A stretch of 64,000 nucleotides of DNA from Methanomassiliicoccaceae archaeon (lineage in GTDB: Archaea > Thermoplasmatota > Thermoplasmata > Methanomassiliicoccales > UBA472). The position numbers were made by a program, and so were the translations under genes. Each line of letters opens with the position of its first letter. The first letter of the stretch is position 1. Positions 8,179 to 17,333 of the stretch are shown here, in pieces. The stretch is from assembly GCA_963751645.1 (NCBI GenBank), contig CAVVVD010000008.1, positions 13,480-77,479 on the forward strand, read 5' to 3'. Below the pieces are notes generated by a model. It saw only the letters and a list, made by a program, of their open reading frames with translations. It did no database searches and was not told the origin of the DNA.

Positions 8179-10518
8179 TCACTTCTTAGGTAGTTGACCC
8201 ATCTGTTGCTGTCCAGAGGGCGCGGTCCGTGCCTGGCCCTGCGGCGCTCCCATCTGCTTCTGGGGCCTCTTCGCCCCTCGCATCCGCGCTTTCTTTCGCC
8301 GGCGGCGCCTCATGACGAACCAAACTGCTACGGAACATCCTGCCAACACCACACCTAGGTAGAAGAACATGCTTCCCAGGATCTGCCAGATCAGGGACGC
8401 TTCCTCCTCGGGGGGTGGGAGGGGAGCTGTGGTCCCATTCACTGTAACGGTCGAAGGCCCGGTGCCGATGGCATTGACGGCGGCGACCTTGTAATAATAT
8501 GTCATACCGGTCCCGAGGTTCGAATTATTGAAACTGGTCAGGTTGACGGTGCGATAGTAGACCATTATATCAGGCATGACCCCTCGATATATCGCATAGC
8601 CAGTTATCGGTTGGCCACCATCTTTGATGGGGGCCTCCCAGCTGAGATAGATGCTATCGCTCCCATTGACCACCCGGAGGTCGAATGGCGCCGTCGGAAC
8701 CGTGCCATTTAGGTGGGGCTGTGCCGTCACCACGCTTGTGGCAGGTCCATAACCGATCGAGTTCTTGGCTTGGATATAGTAATGGTAGGTCTCACCGTTC
8801 ACGACGTCGGTATCAGCGAAGCTCGTCGAGGTGACATTGGTCAACAGGTCGAACTCTCCCACGGAGCTGCTGTTGGACCGATACACCGAATATAGCTGGA
8901 CCGCACTGGTCCCTGACTCGATCGGTTCCTTCCAGAAGAGCTGGACCGTTCCCTGCCAACCAAATGCCTGCAGATCGCGCGGCAACGTCGGTGTGCGACC
9001 GGACTTGATGGCCAGCTCGGCGCTCAAGACCCCTTCTCCAGCGCGATTCACAGCACTTATCCTATAGTAATATGTCTGGCCGATCTCCAGGCCGGCACTG
9101 ACATACTGAGTGTGATTGGTCGATCCAACGTAAGTTACCAGCCCCGAGGTGTCGCCCTTATAGATGTTGTACGTGAGGACAGACGCTCCCCCCAGATCGG
9201 AAGGGGCGCTCCAGTTCAAGACGATGTAATTGTCCTGGGGGACACCGACCAGATCGTTCGGCGAGGTCGGGGTGGTACACGGGGTGCAGTTCAGCGATTG
9301 GGACAGACCGACGCCGACCGCATTCTCGCCCGCCACGCGGTAGAAATAGTTCACGCCATTTTCCGCTCCGGCATCCACGTATCTTAGCACATTGCCCAAG
9401 GTGGCATACAAGATGGGATTCGTCTCGTTGGAACCGCGATAGATCCAATATCGGACCACCGAGGTACCCCCGTCATCGACAGGATACCAGAACAGCTCCA
9501 CGCTGTTGTCGCCGCCCTTGATCGCGTTCAGGGTGATGATGGGAGGTCCGAATGTAGCTGTGTATACGATGTAGCTCTTGGGACCATCCCCCACCTTGTT
9601 GAACGCGACGACCTGATAGAAGTAGGTGGTGTTGTCCTCAAGACCGATGTCGAGATAGGAATAGACGTGCTCGACGACGGTCAGGAATGTGATGTTGAGG
9701 GAGGAGTTGCCCCTGAATATCTTATAACCTAGGATCACGGAGCCCCCATTGGACACTGGGTCGTTCCAGACCAATGTGGCATTGCGCACCCCTTCCAGGA
9801 CTGCAAGGTCTCTGGTGGACCCCGGGATGATATCGGGGACACCTACCTCGGAAAGACTGACGGCACCCTCGCCTGCCAGATTGAAGGCGGCGATATGGTA
9901 GGTGTACGTATGACCGATTACCAGCAGGGGATCGATGAAGAAGGTCTGGTTGATGACCCTCCCCACCTCCACCCTGGGACCGGACTCGGACCTATAGATG
10001 ACATATCCAATGACTGGAGAGCCCCCATCGAAGTCGGGACCCGACCATGTGACGTTCATGAACATGTTCCCCGGAACCAGGCTGACCTGCCGGGGGCGAT
10101 TGGGGACGGTCATCGGCGTGGCGTTCAAAAGGTCGGACCGGGGACCTTCGCCAGCAGAGTTCACGGCGGAAACGGAGTAGAAATAGGTCTTGCCATTGAC
10201 CAGCCCGACATCCACGTAACCAGTGACATTGCCAAGCGTGACGATGAGCTCGAGCGTGATGTTTGTGTCTCCCCTATAGACGCGATATTCTGATACCCCC
10301 GAGGCGTTGCTATAGGCAGGAATGGTCCAGCTAAGGTCCATAGTGCCGTTCCCTGGTGTCGCTCCCACCAGTATCGGGCTGCTTGGAGCATCAGGGTCGA
10401 AGGCGAGGACCTGCGTCGGGAAGATGGTCAGCACCAAGGTCATCACCGTGACCATGGTCAATAGGGCGACCTTGCCGCTGACCGGGGACCGTTTCGATAG
10501 CATTGGTCTTGGCTCCAC
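8179..10518 (-). CDS. Cell-surface protein with seven fibronectin type III repeats, a C-terminal TM anchor and a basic tail
   Basis: 779 aa. N-terminal signal/TM segment (VALLTMVTVMTLVLTIF). Seven repeats each end in a Y-x-Y-x-[IV]-x-A-x-N-x-x-G-x-G motif (KTYFYSVSAVNSAGEG, HTYTYHIAAFNLAGEG, TTYFYQVVAFNKVGDG, ...). Many N-x-S/T sequons. TM helix plus an RRRRRKK tail. Confidence 0.8.
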   Translation of the reverse strand: MEPRPMLSKRSPVSGKVALLTMVTVMTLVLTIFPTQVLAFDPDAPSSPILVGATPGNGTMDLSWTIPAYSNASGVSEYRVYRGDTNITLELIVTLGNVTGYVDVGLVNGKTYFYSVSAVNSAGEGPRSDLLNATPMTVPNRPRQVSLVPGNMFMNVTWSGPDFDGGSPVIGYVIYRSESGPRVEVGRVINQTFFIDPLLVIGHTYTYHIAAFNLAGEGAVSLSEVGVPDIIPGSTRDLAVLEGVRNATLVWNDPVSNGGSVILGYKIFRGNSSLNITFLTVVEHVYSYLDIGLEDNTTYFYQVVAFNKVGDGPKSYIVYTATFGPPIITLNAIKGGDNSVELFWYPVDDGGTSVVRYWIYRGSNETNPILYATLGNVLRYVDAGAENGVNYFYRVAGENAVGVGLSQSLNCTPCTTPTSPNDLVGVPQDNYIVLNWSAPSDLGGASVLTYNIYKGDTSGLVTYVGSTNHTQYVSAGLEIGQTYYYRISAVNRAGEGVLSAELAIKSGRTPTLPRDLQAFGWQGTVQLFWKEPIESGTSAVQLYSVYRSNSSSVGEFDLLTNVTSTSFADTDVVNGETYHYYIQAKNSIGYGPATSVVTAQPHLNGTVPTAPFDLRVVNGSDSIYLSWEAPIKDGGQPITGYAIYRGVMPDIMVYYRTVNLTSFNNSNLGTGMTYYYKVAAVNAIGTGPSTVTVNGTTAPLPPPEEEASLIWQILGSMFFYLGVVLAGCSVAVWFVMRRRRRKKARMRGAKRPQKQMGAPQGQARTAPSGQQQMGQLPKK
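8434..10392 (-). repeat. Seven tandem ~90-codon FN3-encoding repeats inside the surface-protein gene
   Basis: Periodic recurrence of the W-x-x-P...Y-x-[IV]-Y-R...Y-x-Y-x-V-x-A-x-N motifs in the translation. Boundaries are approximate. Confidence 0.55.
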
Positions 10519-10688
10519 TAGCTTCTTGTCGACATATTGCAGCCCGGAGCGGGATTATTAAGGTAGTTCGCAAATTATCGTTCCTGATATCGAGCTTTAA
10601 GATCTATCCAGCATATAGAATCATTGCTGCAGAATGTCATTCCGCAAGATCATGCCACTTCGATTTCTATCGCACTTTACGAACCCGT

Positions 10689-11186
10689 TCAAATGTGGCA
10701 GGAGGCCCTTCCATGCTTCTCGAGATATCTCTGATGGTACTCCTCGGCCCTCCAGAAGGTCGTGGCAGGGACGACCTGGGTGACGATCGGTTTGGAGAAC
10801 CGCCCCGACGATGTCTGCTTGGCCATCGATCCCAAGGCGGAACTATGCTGTGCCTCGTCGTAATAGAATATGGCGGATCGGTACTGACTGCCCACATCCA
10901 CTCCCTGTCTGTTGAGCTGGGTCGGGTTGTGCATGCCCCAGAAAGCCTCTAGCAATTGCTCGTATGATACCATCTCAGGATCGAACGTGAGCTCCACCGC
11001 CTCGGCATGTCCGGTCCTACCACCGCATACCAGCTGGTAATTGGGGTTGTCCACCGTTCCACCCATATAACCTACCTGGGCGTCGATAACTCCAGGTATC
11101 TTACGGAACTCGGCCTCCACGCCCCAAAAGCAACCGGCCGCGAATGCTGCCTTTCTCGTTCTCGTCTCACCGTTCATTGGGCTCAT
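10689..11186 (-). CDS. msrA: Peptide-methionine (S)-S-oxide reductase
   Basis: 165 aa with the catalytic GCFWG motif (AAFAAGCFWGVEAEF) and GHAEAV and YHQ motifs. Confidence 0.9.
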   Translation of the reverse strand: MSPMNGETRTRKAAFAAGCFWGVEAEFRKIPGVIDAQVGYMGGTVDNPNYQLVCGGRTGHAEAVELTFDPEMVSYEQLLEAFWGMHNPTQLNRQGVDVGSQYRSAIFYYDEAQHSSALGSMAKQTSSGRFSKPIVTQVVPATTFWRAEEYHQRYLEKHGRASCHI

Positions 11187-11267
11187 AGCAAACAGTTCGA
11201 TGCAACGGGTATATTTGCGCTTCCATGGATTCGCACAGGTCGGACAGGCCCTTGGACCTATGCGATC

Positions 11268-12266
11268 TCATCGGAGATTTTGGATGATGGCATCGAGGAA
11301 CCTTTTCGTGCCGAATTCCCCGCCAGCATCCCTGGTGAAGACCCCTTGGGCCAGCGTCAAGGATACTGCCCCTCTGATCTCCTCGCCTAGGTCGGATAGG
11401 TCAAGATGATCGAGCATCAGTGCCGCGGAAAGGATCGCCCCTGAAGGATTGGCCACTCCCTGACCAGCGATGTCTGGAGCTGACCCGTGAACCGGCTCGA
11501 ACAACGCGTAACGGTCCCCGATGTTGGCCGAAGGTGCGAAGCCGAGGCCCCCCACCAAAGCCGCTGCCTCATCAGATAATATGTCACCATAGAGGTTCAG
11601 GGTCACCAGGCAATGTAACGAGGTCGGTTTGGATACGAGCGCCGCTGCCGCAGCATCGACGAGAAGCTCGTTCGCTTCCAGACCTGTCCCTGCCATCTCC
11701 TCGAAGAAGACGCGACGGAACAGTCCGTCTGACCTCCTGAGGACGTTGGACTTATGGACGCATGTCACGTTCGCGATCCCTTGGCGACGACATAGGTCGA
11801 TGGAGTAACGTACCAAACGCCGACAGGCCCTCTCGGTGACTACCCTTTCCAGGACGACACCTCCCTCGATGTCCCTCTCGAGACCGGTGTACATCCCTTC
11901 GGTGTTCTCTCGGACGATCGTAACGTCAAGATCGACCAGGCCGAGCATGGGATGCAACCTCTTGGAGGGTCGGACGTTGGCATAGAGGTCGAACCTCCTT
12001 CGGACCTCCAGTAACGGCGATCGGTAACCAGGGGTGCCCGAGGGCGGCGAAGTGATGGCCCCGAAGAGACAACAGTCCGTTCCCTCCAGGACATCGATGG
12101 TGGCTTCGGGGAGATATGATCCGTGGACCGCATGGCAGTAGGCCCCCATCTCCGCCCTGATGAGCTCCAGAGGGGCTCCCACCGTCTCGAGGACATGCAC
12201 TGCCGCGTCGATGACCTCGGGACCTATCCCGTCCCCACCGATGACTGCGACCTTCCTCACCTGCAC
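11268..12266 (-). CDS. Isocitrate/isopropylmalate dehydrogenase family protein (LeuB/AksF-like)
   Basis: 332 aa. VAVIGGDGIGPEV, LYANVRP, IVRENTEGMY and NLYGDILSD motifs. Substrate cannot be assigned by eye. Confidence 0.8.
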   Translation of the reverse strand: MQVRKVAVIGGDGIGPEVIDAAVHVLETVGAPLELIRAEMGAYCHAVHGSYLPEATIDVLEGTDCCLFGAITSPPSGTPGYRSPLLEVRRRFDLYANVRPSKRLHPMLGLVDLDVTIVRENTEGMYTGLERDIEGGVVLERVVTERACRRLVRYSIDLCRRQGIANVTCVHKSNVLRRSDGLFRRVFFEEMAGTGLEANELLVDAAAAALVSKPTSLHCLVTLNLYGDILSDEAAALVGGLGFAPSANIGDRYALFEPVHGSAPDIAGQGVANPSGAILSAALMLDHLDLSDLGEEIRGAVSLTLAQGVFTRDAGGEFGTKRFLDAIIQNLR

Positions 12267-13201
12267 ACCCGCTCCAGCAGGCTTGCGACGACCAGGGGGA
12301 GCGTGATCGTGGCATCCCCCTCCACCGTGACGTGGTCTGCTGTCTCCTTGACCTTACCCCACGACACCGCTTCCCGGACCTGCGCGCCGGAAAGGGAGCC
12401 ATCGTACTCCGGAGCGGTTGTCATATAGATGGCATAGTCGAGACCACCCCGGAACTGGTTCCACCAGATGACATGATGTTTCGATATTCCCCCGCCTACC
12501 ACGATCGCTCCGCTCTCCTTCGCATGGAAGATGGTGTCCGAAAGGTCCTGCTCGTCCTGGAACAGGTCGATGTGAAGCTTGCGATGCGTCTGCCAGTACA
12601 TCCAGATCTGGCTTCCGAATGAACCGTCCGTTATTCCCGGGACGAAGATGGGGACCTTGTTCCGATGGCACCAGTGCAGCAAAGAGCTCTCATCATCGAT
12701 CCGTGACCCTACCTGGTCTATGAGCTCCCTGGTCGAGATGGAGTTCCTTCCTTCCAATATCTCCTCGAACATGGGGATCAACTTCTCCTCCAGCACCAAT
12801 CCATAGCTGTCATCGGGGACCAGTATGTTGCCGAGACGGTTGATGCCCTCGCGCCTCAGCTCGGCATCGTCCATGAAGAAATCGCCATGGTAATAATCCC
12901 GCCACACTCTGGCCAGGTCATGGTCCAAGGTGCCGCACGTCGTGATGATGACATCGACCAGTTTGCGTCTCACCATCTCCACGATCACACCGCGGGTGCC
13001 GGTGGCCATGATGCATGCCGGGAACGATAGGAACTTCACGCAGCCCTCGCTCCGCACCATCTTCTCCATGATGTCCACCGCGTCCGCCACCTTGCGACCG
13101 GTGAAACCTCCTGACCCCTTGAGCTCGCGCATGAGCTCGTCCACGCTCATGCCTTCCCTCAACCTGATGTCCTCGACCTTACGGCCTCGCATTGGAAACA
13201 C
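12257..13201 (-). CDS. dys: Deoxyhypusine synthase
   Basis: 314 aa. ITTCGTLDHD, WCHRNKVPIFVPGITDGSFG and VVGGGISKHH motifs. It overlaps the downstream dehydrogenase start by 10 nt, suggesting an operon. Confidence 0.9.
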   Translation of the reverse strand: MFPMRGRKVEDIRLREGMSVDELMRELKGSGGFTGRKVADAVDIMEKMVRSEGCVKFLSFPACIMATGTRGVIVEMVRRKLVDVIITTCGTLDHDLARVWRDYYHGDFFMDDAELRREGINRLGNILVPDDSYGLVLEEKLIPMFEEILEGRNSISTRELIDQVGSRIDDESSLLHWCHRNKVPIFVPGITDGSFGSQIWMYWQTHRKLHIDLFQDEQDLSDTIFHAKESGAIVVGGGISKHHVIWWNQFRGGLDYAIYMTTAPEYDGSLSGAQVREAVSWGKVKETADHVTVEGDATITLPLVVASLLERVCR

Positions 13202-13301
13202 TCCTTGGTTTGGTCAGTCAGCTAGGGCTAGAAATATGTTGCTGAATCGACGGGGCGGCGAGTCCAGAAAGATAATATCCGATGGCGATGATTCGACCCG
13301 G

Positions 13302-14486
13302 ATGGTGAACTATGCTCGCCTGGCAGTCTTCGCCGGGGCTTTCTCGGGACCGCTCGCCGGCAACGCAGTGCTCGCGGTAGTTCCCATCCTGGAACAGGAT
13401 TTCAACCTGACCGCGGCCGAGGTCCTCCTCTCCATATCCTTCTACATGTTCCCATTCGCCATATTCAGCTTCTTCTCCGGTTCCCTCTCGGACATCTATG
13501 GGCGACGCAAGGTCGTCACCTTCGGTTTCATGGTCTATGCGGTCGGGGCACTTCTATGCGCGATGAGCCAGGATGCGGGATTGTTCTACCTATCCCGGGC
13601 CGTACAGGGTTTCGGCTATGCGTTCGTCAATCCGGTCCTGGTGGCCATATTGGCGGAGGTCGTGTCCCCAGGGGCGCGGGGGAGGAACATGGGCTATCTG
13701 GCCGCCGCGACCACAGCCGGCGTGGCCTGCGGTCCATTGATCGCGGGGATATTGGGCCAATGGGACTGGCGCTACACGTTCTACCTCATCGCGGTCCTTT
13801 GCATCCTATGCAACGCGGCCATTCTGATGACGTACAAAGGCCAAGGGTTCAGGGCATCGGGGGCATCCTTGCGCTCGATAAGACCCAACGTTGAACGTAC
13901 GATACGCAACCACGGCGTCCTCATGATATCGGCGATCGGCTTCCTCAACTTCTTCTGCTACATAGGGGCCCTTTCCTACGTCTCGGACATCCTGTCCAGA
14001 CCGCCACTGGAACTCTCTGGAGGCATGATAGGGGCCATGGTGGCCCTGACCGGTCTGGCTGGCATATTCGCAGCCCCGATGGGCGGTCTGTTGGTGGACA
14101 GGGTCGGCCGGTCCACCACAGCGTCGATAGGGCTCACATTCGTCCTTCTGGCCATATTATCGCTATACTATTCGGAGAGCGTCCTATCCTACGGAATTTC
14201 CTTGGCATTGCTCGGGATGGGGTCGCAGGTCCTTTGGGCATCGCTTTTCACACTGGCCGTCGAACTGGTCCCGGACATCAAAGGCACCGTCTCCTCGGTC
14301 TTCAACAGCGCCAGGTTCCTTGGCTATGCCGTCTCCCCTCTGTTGCTCGGCCCTCTGTACGTCGATGAGGGCTATGACGCGGTGCTGATATCGGTGGGCG
14401 GGACCATCTTGATCGCCCTGGTCCTTTCGTTCCTCCTCAGGCTTAGGGAGCGTCCTGTGCCTCCCATACCTCGAGCAGGGCGATGA
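13302..14486 (+). CDS. MFS transporter
   Basis: 12-TM-like profile with a G-x-L-S-D-x-x-G-R-R-K loop (GSLSDIYGRRKV). The track ORF start (12930) runs antisense through dys, so I use Met at 13302 (alternative 13236). Confidence 0.8.
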   Translation: MVNYARLAVFAGAFSGPLAGNAVLAVVPILEQDFNLTAAEVLLSISFYMFPFAIFSFFSGSLSDIYGRRKVVTFGFMVYAVGALLCAMSQDAGLFYLSRAVQGFGYAFVNPVLVAILAEVVSPGARGRNMGYLAAATTAGVACGPLIAGILGQWDWRYTFYLIAVLCILCNAAILMTYKGQGFRASGASLRSIRPNVERTIRNHGVLMISAIGFLNFFCYIGALSYVSDILSRPPLELSGGMIGAMVALTGLAGIFAAPMGGLLVDRVGRSTTASIGLTFVLLAILSLYYSESVLSYGISLALLGMGSQVLWASLFTLAVELVPDIKGTVSSVFNSARFLGYAVSPLLLGPLYVDEGYDAVLISVGGTILIALVLSFLLRLRERPVPPIPRAGR

Positions 14487-15030
14487 GCTCCCGCCGGGTA
14501 TGGTCGGCATCGCCAGAGTTGTCGATGACGGCCCAATCGTCCTGGGCCAGGACCAACACCTTCCGTCTTGTCTTCTCCAGACCTTCGAGGTTCTCGAACA
14601 TCTCCCTCTGGTGGTCCCTTCCCTCTATCCTGGCCAGGGCCATCTCTGGGTTCACGTCCACCAGCAACCGGGTGGATGGAAGGTCGATTATCCTCTTGAA
14701 GAACTCATAGCCAGTGACCATCAGGGACTCTGGGAGGTAGGCCGCTCCCAACAGATAACGGACGAAAATCACCCTGTCCTCGGCCCCCTTGAAGGACCTC
14801 ATCTTCTTGACGGAGACCAAGACGTCAGCTATGAAGAACAAGGTGGCGATCGAATGCATAAGCCGCCCTTTCGATCGCAGCGCCCCCTTGGATATGCGTC
14901 CGAGCAATCGGTCCGAGGGGTGAACGAACAGGTGCGCCTTGAGGCCCCTCGCCTCGTAATATTCGACCATCCAATGCGCCACCGTGCTCTTTCCCGAACC
15001 GTCGATGCCATCGACCACCGACCAGCGCAT
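14443..15030 (-). CDS. Thymidylate-kinase-family P-loop kinase
   Basis: 195 aa. N-terminal VVDGIDGSGKST P-loop in the Tmk-like context. Substrate is uncertain. Confidence 0.5.
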   Translation of the reverse strand: MRWSVVDGIDGSGKSTVAHWMVEYYEARGLKAHLFVHPSDRLLGRISKGALRSKGRLMHSIATLFFIADVLVSVKKMRSFKGAEDRVIFVRYLLGAAYLPESLMVTGYEFFKRIIDLPSTRLLVDVNPEMALARIEGRDHQREMFENLEGLEKTRRKVLVLAQDDWAVIDNSGDADHTRRELIALLEVWEAQDAP

Positions 15031-15032
15031 CC

Positions 15033-15827
15033 TCAGATCCCCACCAATGCCAGGATGACGACGGTCGACAGGGGGATGACCAGGTTGTCATACTCCCCAG
15101 GGGTGTAGAGCTCGACCACCGCGACATATGCGGCGATCGCGATGCTGATCGGAAGGACCCATAGCATTTCAACATAGTGGGTCCCGTAGATCCCGTTGAG
15201 GTAGAGGTAGTCGTAGAAGGTAAAGACGACGGCACAGGCGATGGCGGCGAACAAGAACACGGACAATGTGCCCTCGAGCGTCTTCCCGTCATGTATCCGC
15301 CTAGTACCATAGCGCTTCCCAATCAGACCTCCCATCCCGTCCCCGTATGCCATACTCACTATGCCTATGGATGCGATCATGAGGTTGTCGAAAAAGAAAT
15401 AGGCAAGCAAGGTCCAGGAGATGGCATAGTAGACCAGCCCCATCTTGTGCCCGTTGATGGAGGCCTCCGCCAGGATGGACGCCTTGATCTCCTTTTCGAC
15501 CTTCGAGTGCGGCTCATCTGTCCTGGACCCCTCCTTGGAGAATAGGTAGCACACCAATATGAACGGTGCGGCGGCCAGCAAGGCCATGGCCCATGCGTTT
15601 TCGAAGACCCACCATAGGAAAACGATGTTCCCGATCATGATGTGGATGAACTTGCGGTGCATGTTGGTCCGCTTGAGATACGACCACTTGCTGGCTATCA
15701 GCACCACCGCCCCGATGTAGGCATAGACGAGCAGCAGTCCCAATAGGTCTCCCTGGCTCAAGTTATCGTCATTGGAAAGCGGTGAGGATATAAAATGACT
15801 TGTCCCGATGGAGATGTGCCCGCCCAT
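15033..15827 (-). CDS. CTP_transf_1 family membrane protein (dolichol/polyprenol kinase-like)
   Basis: 264 aa, multi-TM. YGDGMGGLIGKRYG resembles the GD-x-x-A-x-x-G-x-x-G motif of the dolichol/phytol kinase and CdsA family. Confidence 0.5.
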   Translation of the reverse strand: MGGHISIGTSHFISSPLSNDDNLSQGDLLGLLLVYAYIGAVVLIASKWSYLKRTNMHRKFIHIMIGNIVFLWWVFENAWAMALLAAAPFILVCYLFSKEGSRTDEPHSKVEKEIKASILAEASINGHKMGLVYYAISWTLLAYFFFDNLMIASIGIVSMAYGDGMGGLIGKRYGTRRIHDGKTLEGTLSVFLFAAIACAVVFTFYDYLYLNGIYGTHYVEMLWVLPISIAIAAYVAVVELYTPGEYDNLVIPLSTVVILALVGI

Positions 15828-15934
15828 CCAGCATCTCGACTTTTTCTCTCACATGGTCATTTAATTTGGTAGGGGCTGATAATTTGCCGAGTGATTTTAA
15901 ATATCTACGGGCCAATCGAATAGAAAGTGGGTTA

Positions 15935-16606
15935 ATGAACGAGAAGGACCTGTATCTTTTGGCTTACCTCAAGGACAACTTGAGCGCCTATGACAACGGC
16001 CCGGTGCTCCTGGACGTCAAATCCACTCAGTTCGTCCGGGTGAACCTCCTTCTGCTCAAGGCCTTCTCCTCGATGCCGGAGCGTCCCGGCATGTTCATCG
16101 CGATAGACCGCCCCCACCATTACATGTTGCATCTCATGGGGATGCACCAGATCGATCCGCACGGTCTGATTTTCATAGATGCCATCAGCCGTTTCGCCGC
16201 TGATACGAAGTGCGGTCCCGATCGCGCCAACCTCCTCAACGCACCCTCCAACATAGATTCCCTACCATCTGCGATAAGGGATTGGGCCGGCGGTCCACTA
16301 CGATCGGCGCCAATGGACCTGCATAGTTGTCGTTTCGCCATGATTGACAACATATCCTCCCTTCTTCTCTACAACAGCTTCAACAATGTCGAGCTTTTCC
16401 TGCAGGATTTCATCGATGTGCTCACCTCCCATGCCAGAGTGCAGATACCACTGCTGGTCGACAAGGAGAGGAACAGCATGCTGTATGAGGTGGCGCGTTC
16501 AATGTGCCCCCGTGAGATAAGCGTCAACGATGGCATCCTGGCCTCAATGTCGCTCACCAGCAAGAGGAATGGCATCGCCAGGATCGTGGATTCCGATGAG
16601 GTGTAA
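15935..16606 (+). CDS. Degenerate RecA/KaiC-like domain protein lacking a P-loop
   Basis: Start taken at MNEKDLYLL (15935). The Walker-B-like strand FAMIDNISSLLLY parallels RIVIDPITVIGNML of the downstream KaiC-like ATPase, but there is no GxxGxGK[ST]. A 4-nt gap separates it from the next gene. Confidence 0.5.
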   Translation: MNEKDLYLLAYLKDNLSAYDNGPVLLDVKSTQFVRVNLLLLKAFSSMPERPGMFIAIDRPHHYMLHLMGMHQIDPHGLIFIDAISRFAADTKCGPDRANLLNAPSNIDSLPSAIRDWAGGPLRSAPMDLHSCRFAMIDNISSLLLYNSFNNVELFLQDFIDVLTSHARVQIPLLVDKERNSMLYEVARSMCPREISVNDGILASMSLTSKRNGIARIVDSDEV

Positions 16607-16610
16607 ATAA

Positions 16611-17321
16611 ATGAGCGCTCCCGAGACATACATAAGGACGAGGAATGAGATCGTCCGACTTACCAGTGGCATAAACGGATTGGACGATTCCATCGAAGGA
16701 GGGTTCCCCTTCCCTTCGGTGATATTGGTGGCGGGAAGCGCTGGGACAGGTAAGACCACCTTTGCGATGAAGTATCTGTGCGAGGGGGCCAAGAAGGGGG
16801 AGCAATGCCTTTACATAACCACATTGAGCGAGCCTACGCAGTGGATGATGCGATATGCAATGCAATTCGACTTCATGGACCCTGCCTATTTCGACGACCA
16901 GATCGTCTATATGGACCTGGGGGACAAGCTTCGGACCATGAAGTCCGAGGAGTTGCTCAACGCCATCGACGAGAAGATCGCGGAGGTGATGCCCCAGCGT
17001 ATCGTGATCGATCCCATAACCGTCATCGGGAACATGCTTGGTGGGGACTATCGGCAATTCCTCTTCGACCTGACCAACCGGCTGAAGAACTGGAACGCTG
17101 TGACCTTGCTAACTGGGGAAGTGAAGCCGAACGAGCTTTACCCCTCGGAGGTCGCCTATGCCGTCGATGGGATCATATTGCTACTCCTTTCGGACGAGGT
17201 GGTCACCAGGAGGAAGTATCTGGAGGTGCTCAAGATGAGAGGCACCAACCATGGCACTGGAAGGCAGCCCATCGATATCTCTCGAAGGGAAGGGATCATC
17301 GTCCTTAAGGCCAGGTTCTGA
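16611..17321 (+). CDS. KaiC-like / RecA-superfamily ATPase (single domain)
   Basis: 236 aa. LTSGINGLDDSIEGGFP, Walker A GSAGTGKTT, Walker B RIVIDPIT, and the C-terminal LEVLKMRGTNH motif typical of KaiC/RadA-like proteins. Confidence 0.8.
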   Translation: MSAPETYIRTRNEIVRLTSGINGLDDSIEGGFPFPSVILVAGSAGTGKTTFAMKYLCEGAKKGEQCLYITTLSEPTQWMMRYAMQFDFMDPAYFDDQIVYMDLGDKLRTMKSEELLNAIDEKIAEVMPQRIVIDPITVIGNMLGGDYRQFLFDLTNRLKNWNAVTLLTGEVKPNELYPSEVAYAVDGIILLLLSDEVVTRRKYLEVLKMRGTNHGTGRQPIDISRREGIIVLKARF

Positions 17322-17333
17322 TAGGCGCGCCCA

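Noticed and set aside
12930-13301. N-terminal 124 codons of the 518-aa track ORF for the MFS transporter
   Set aside because: This part runs antisense through the deoxyhypusine synthase gene and is Ser/Thr/Met-rich and non-hydrophobic. The MFS pattern begins at Met 13302.
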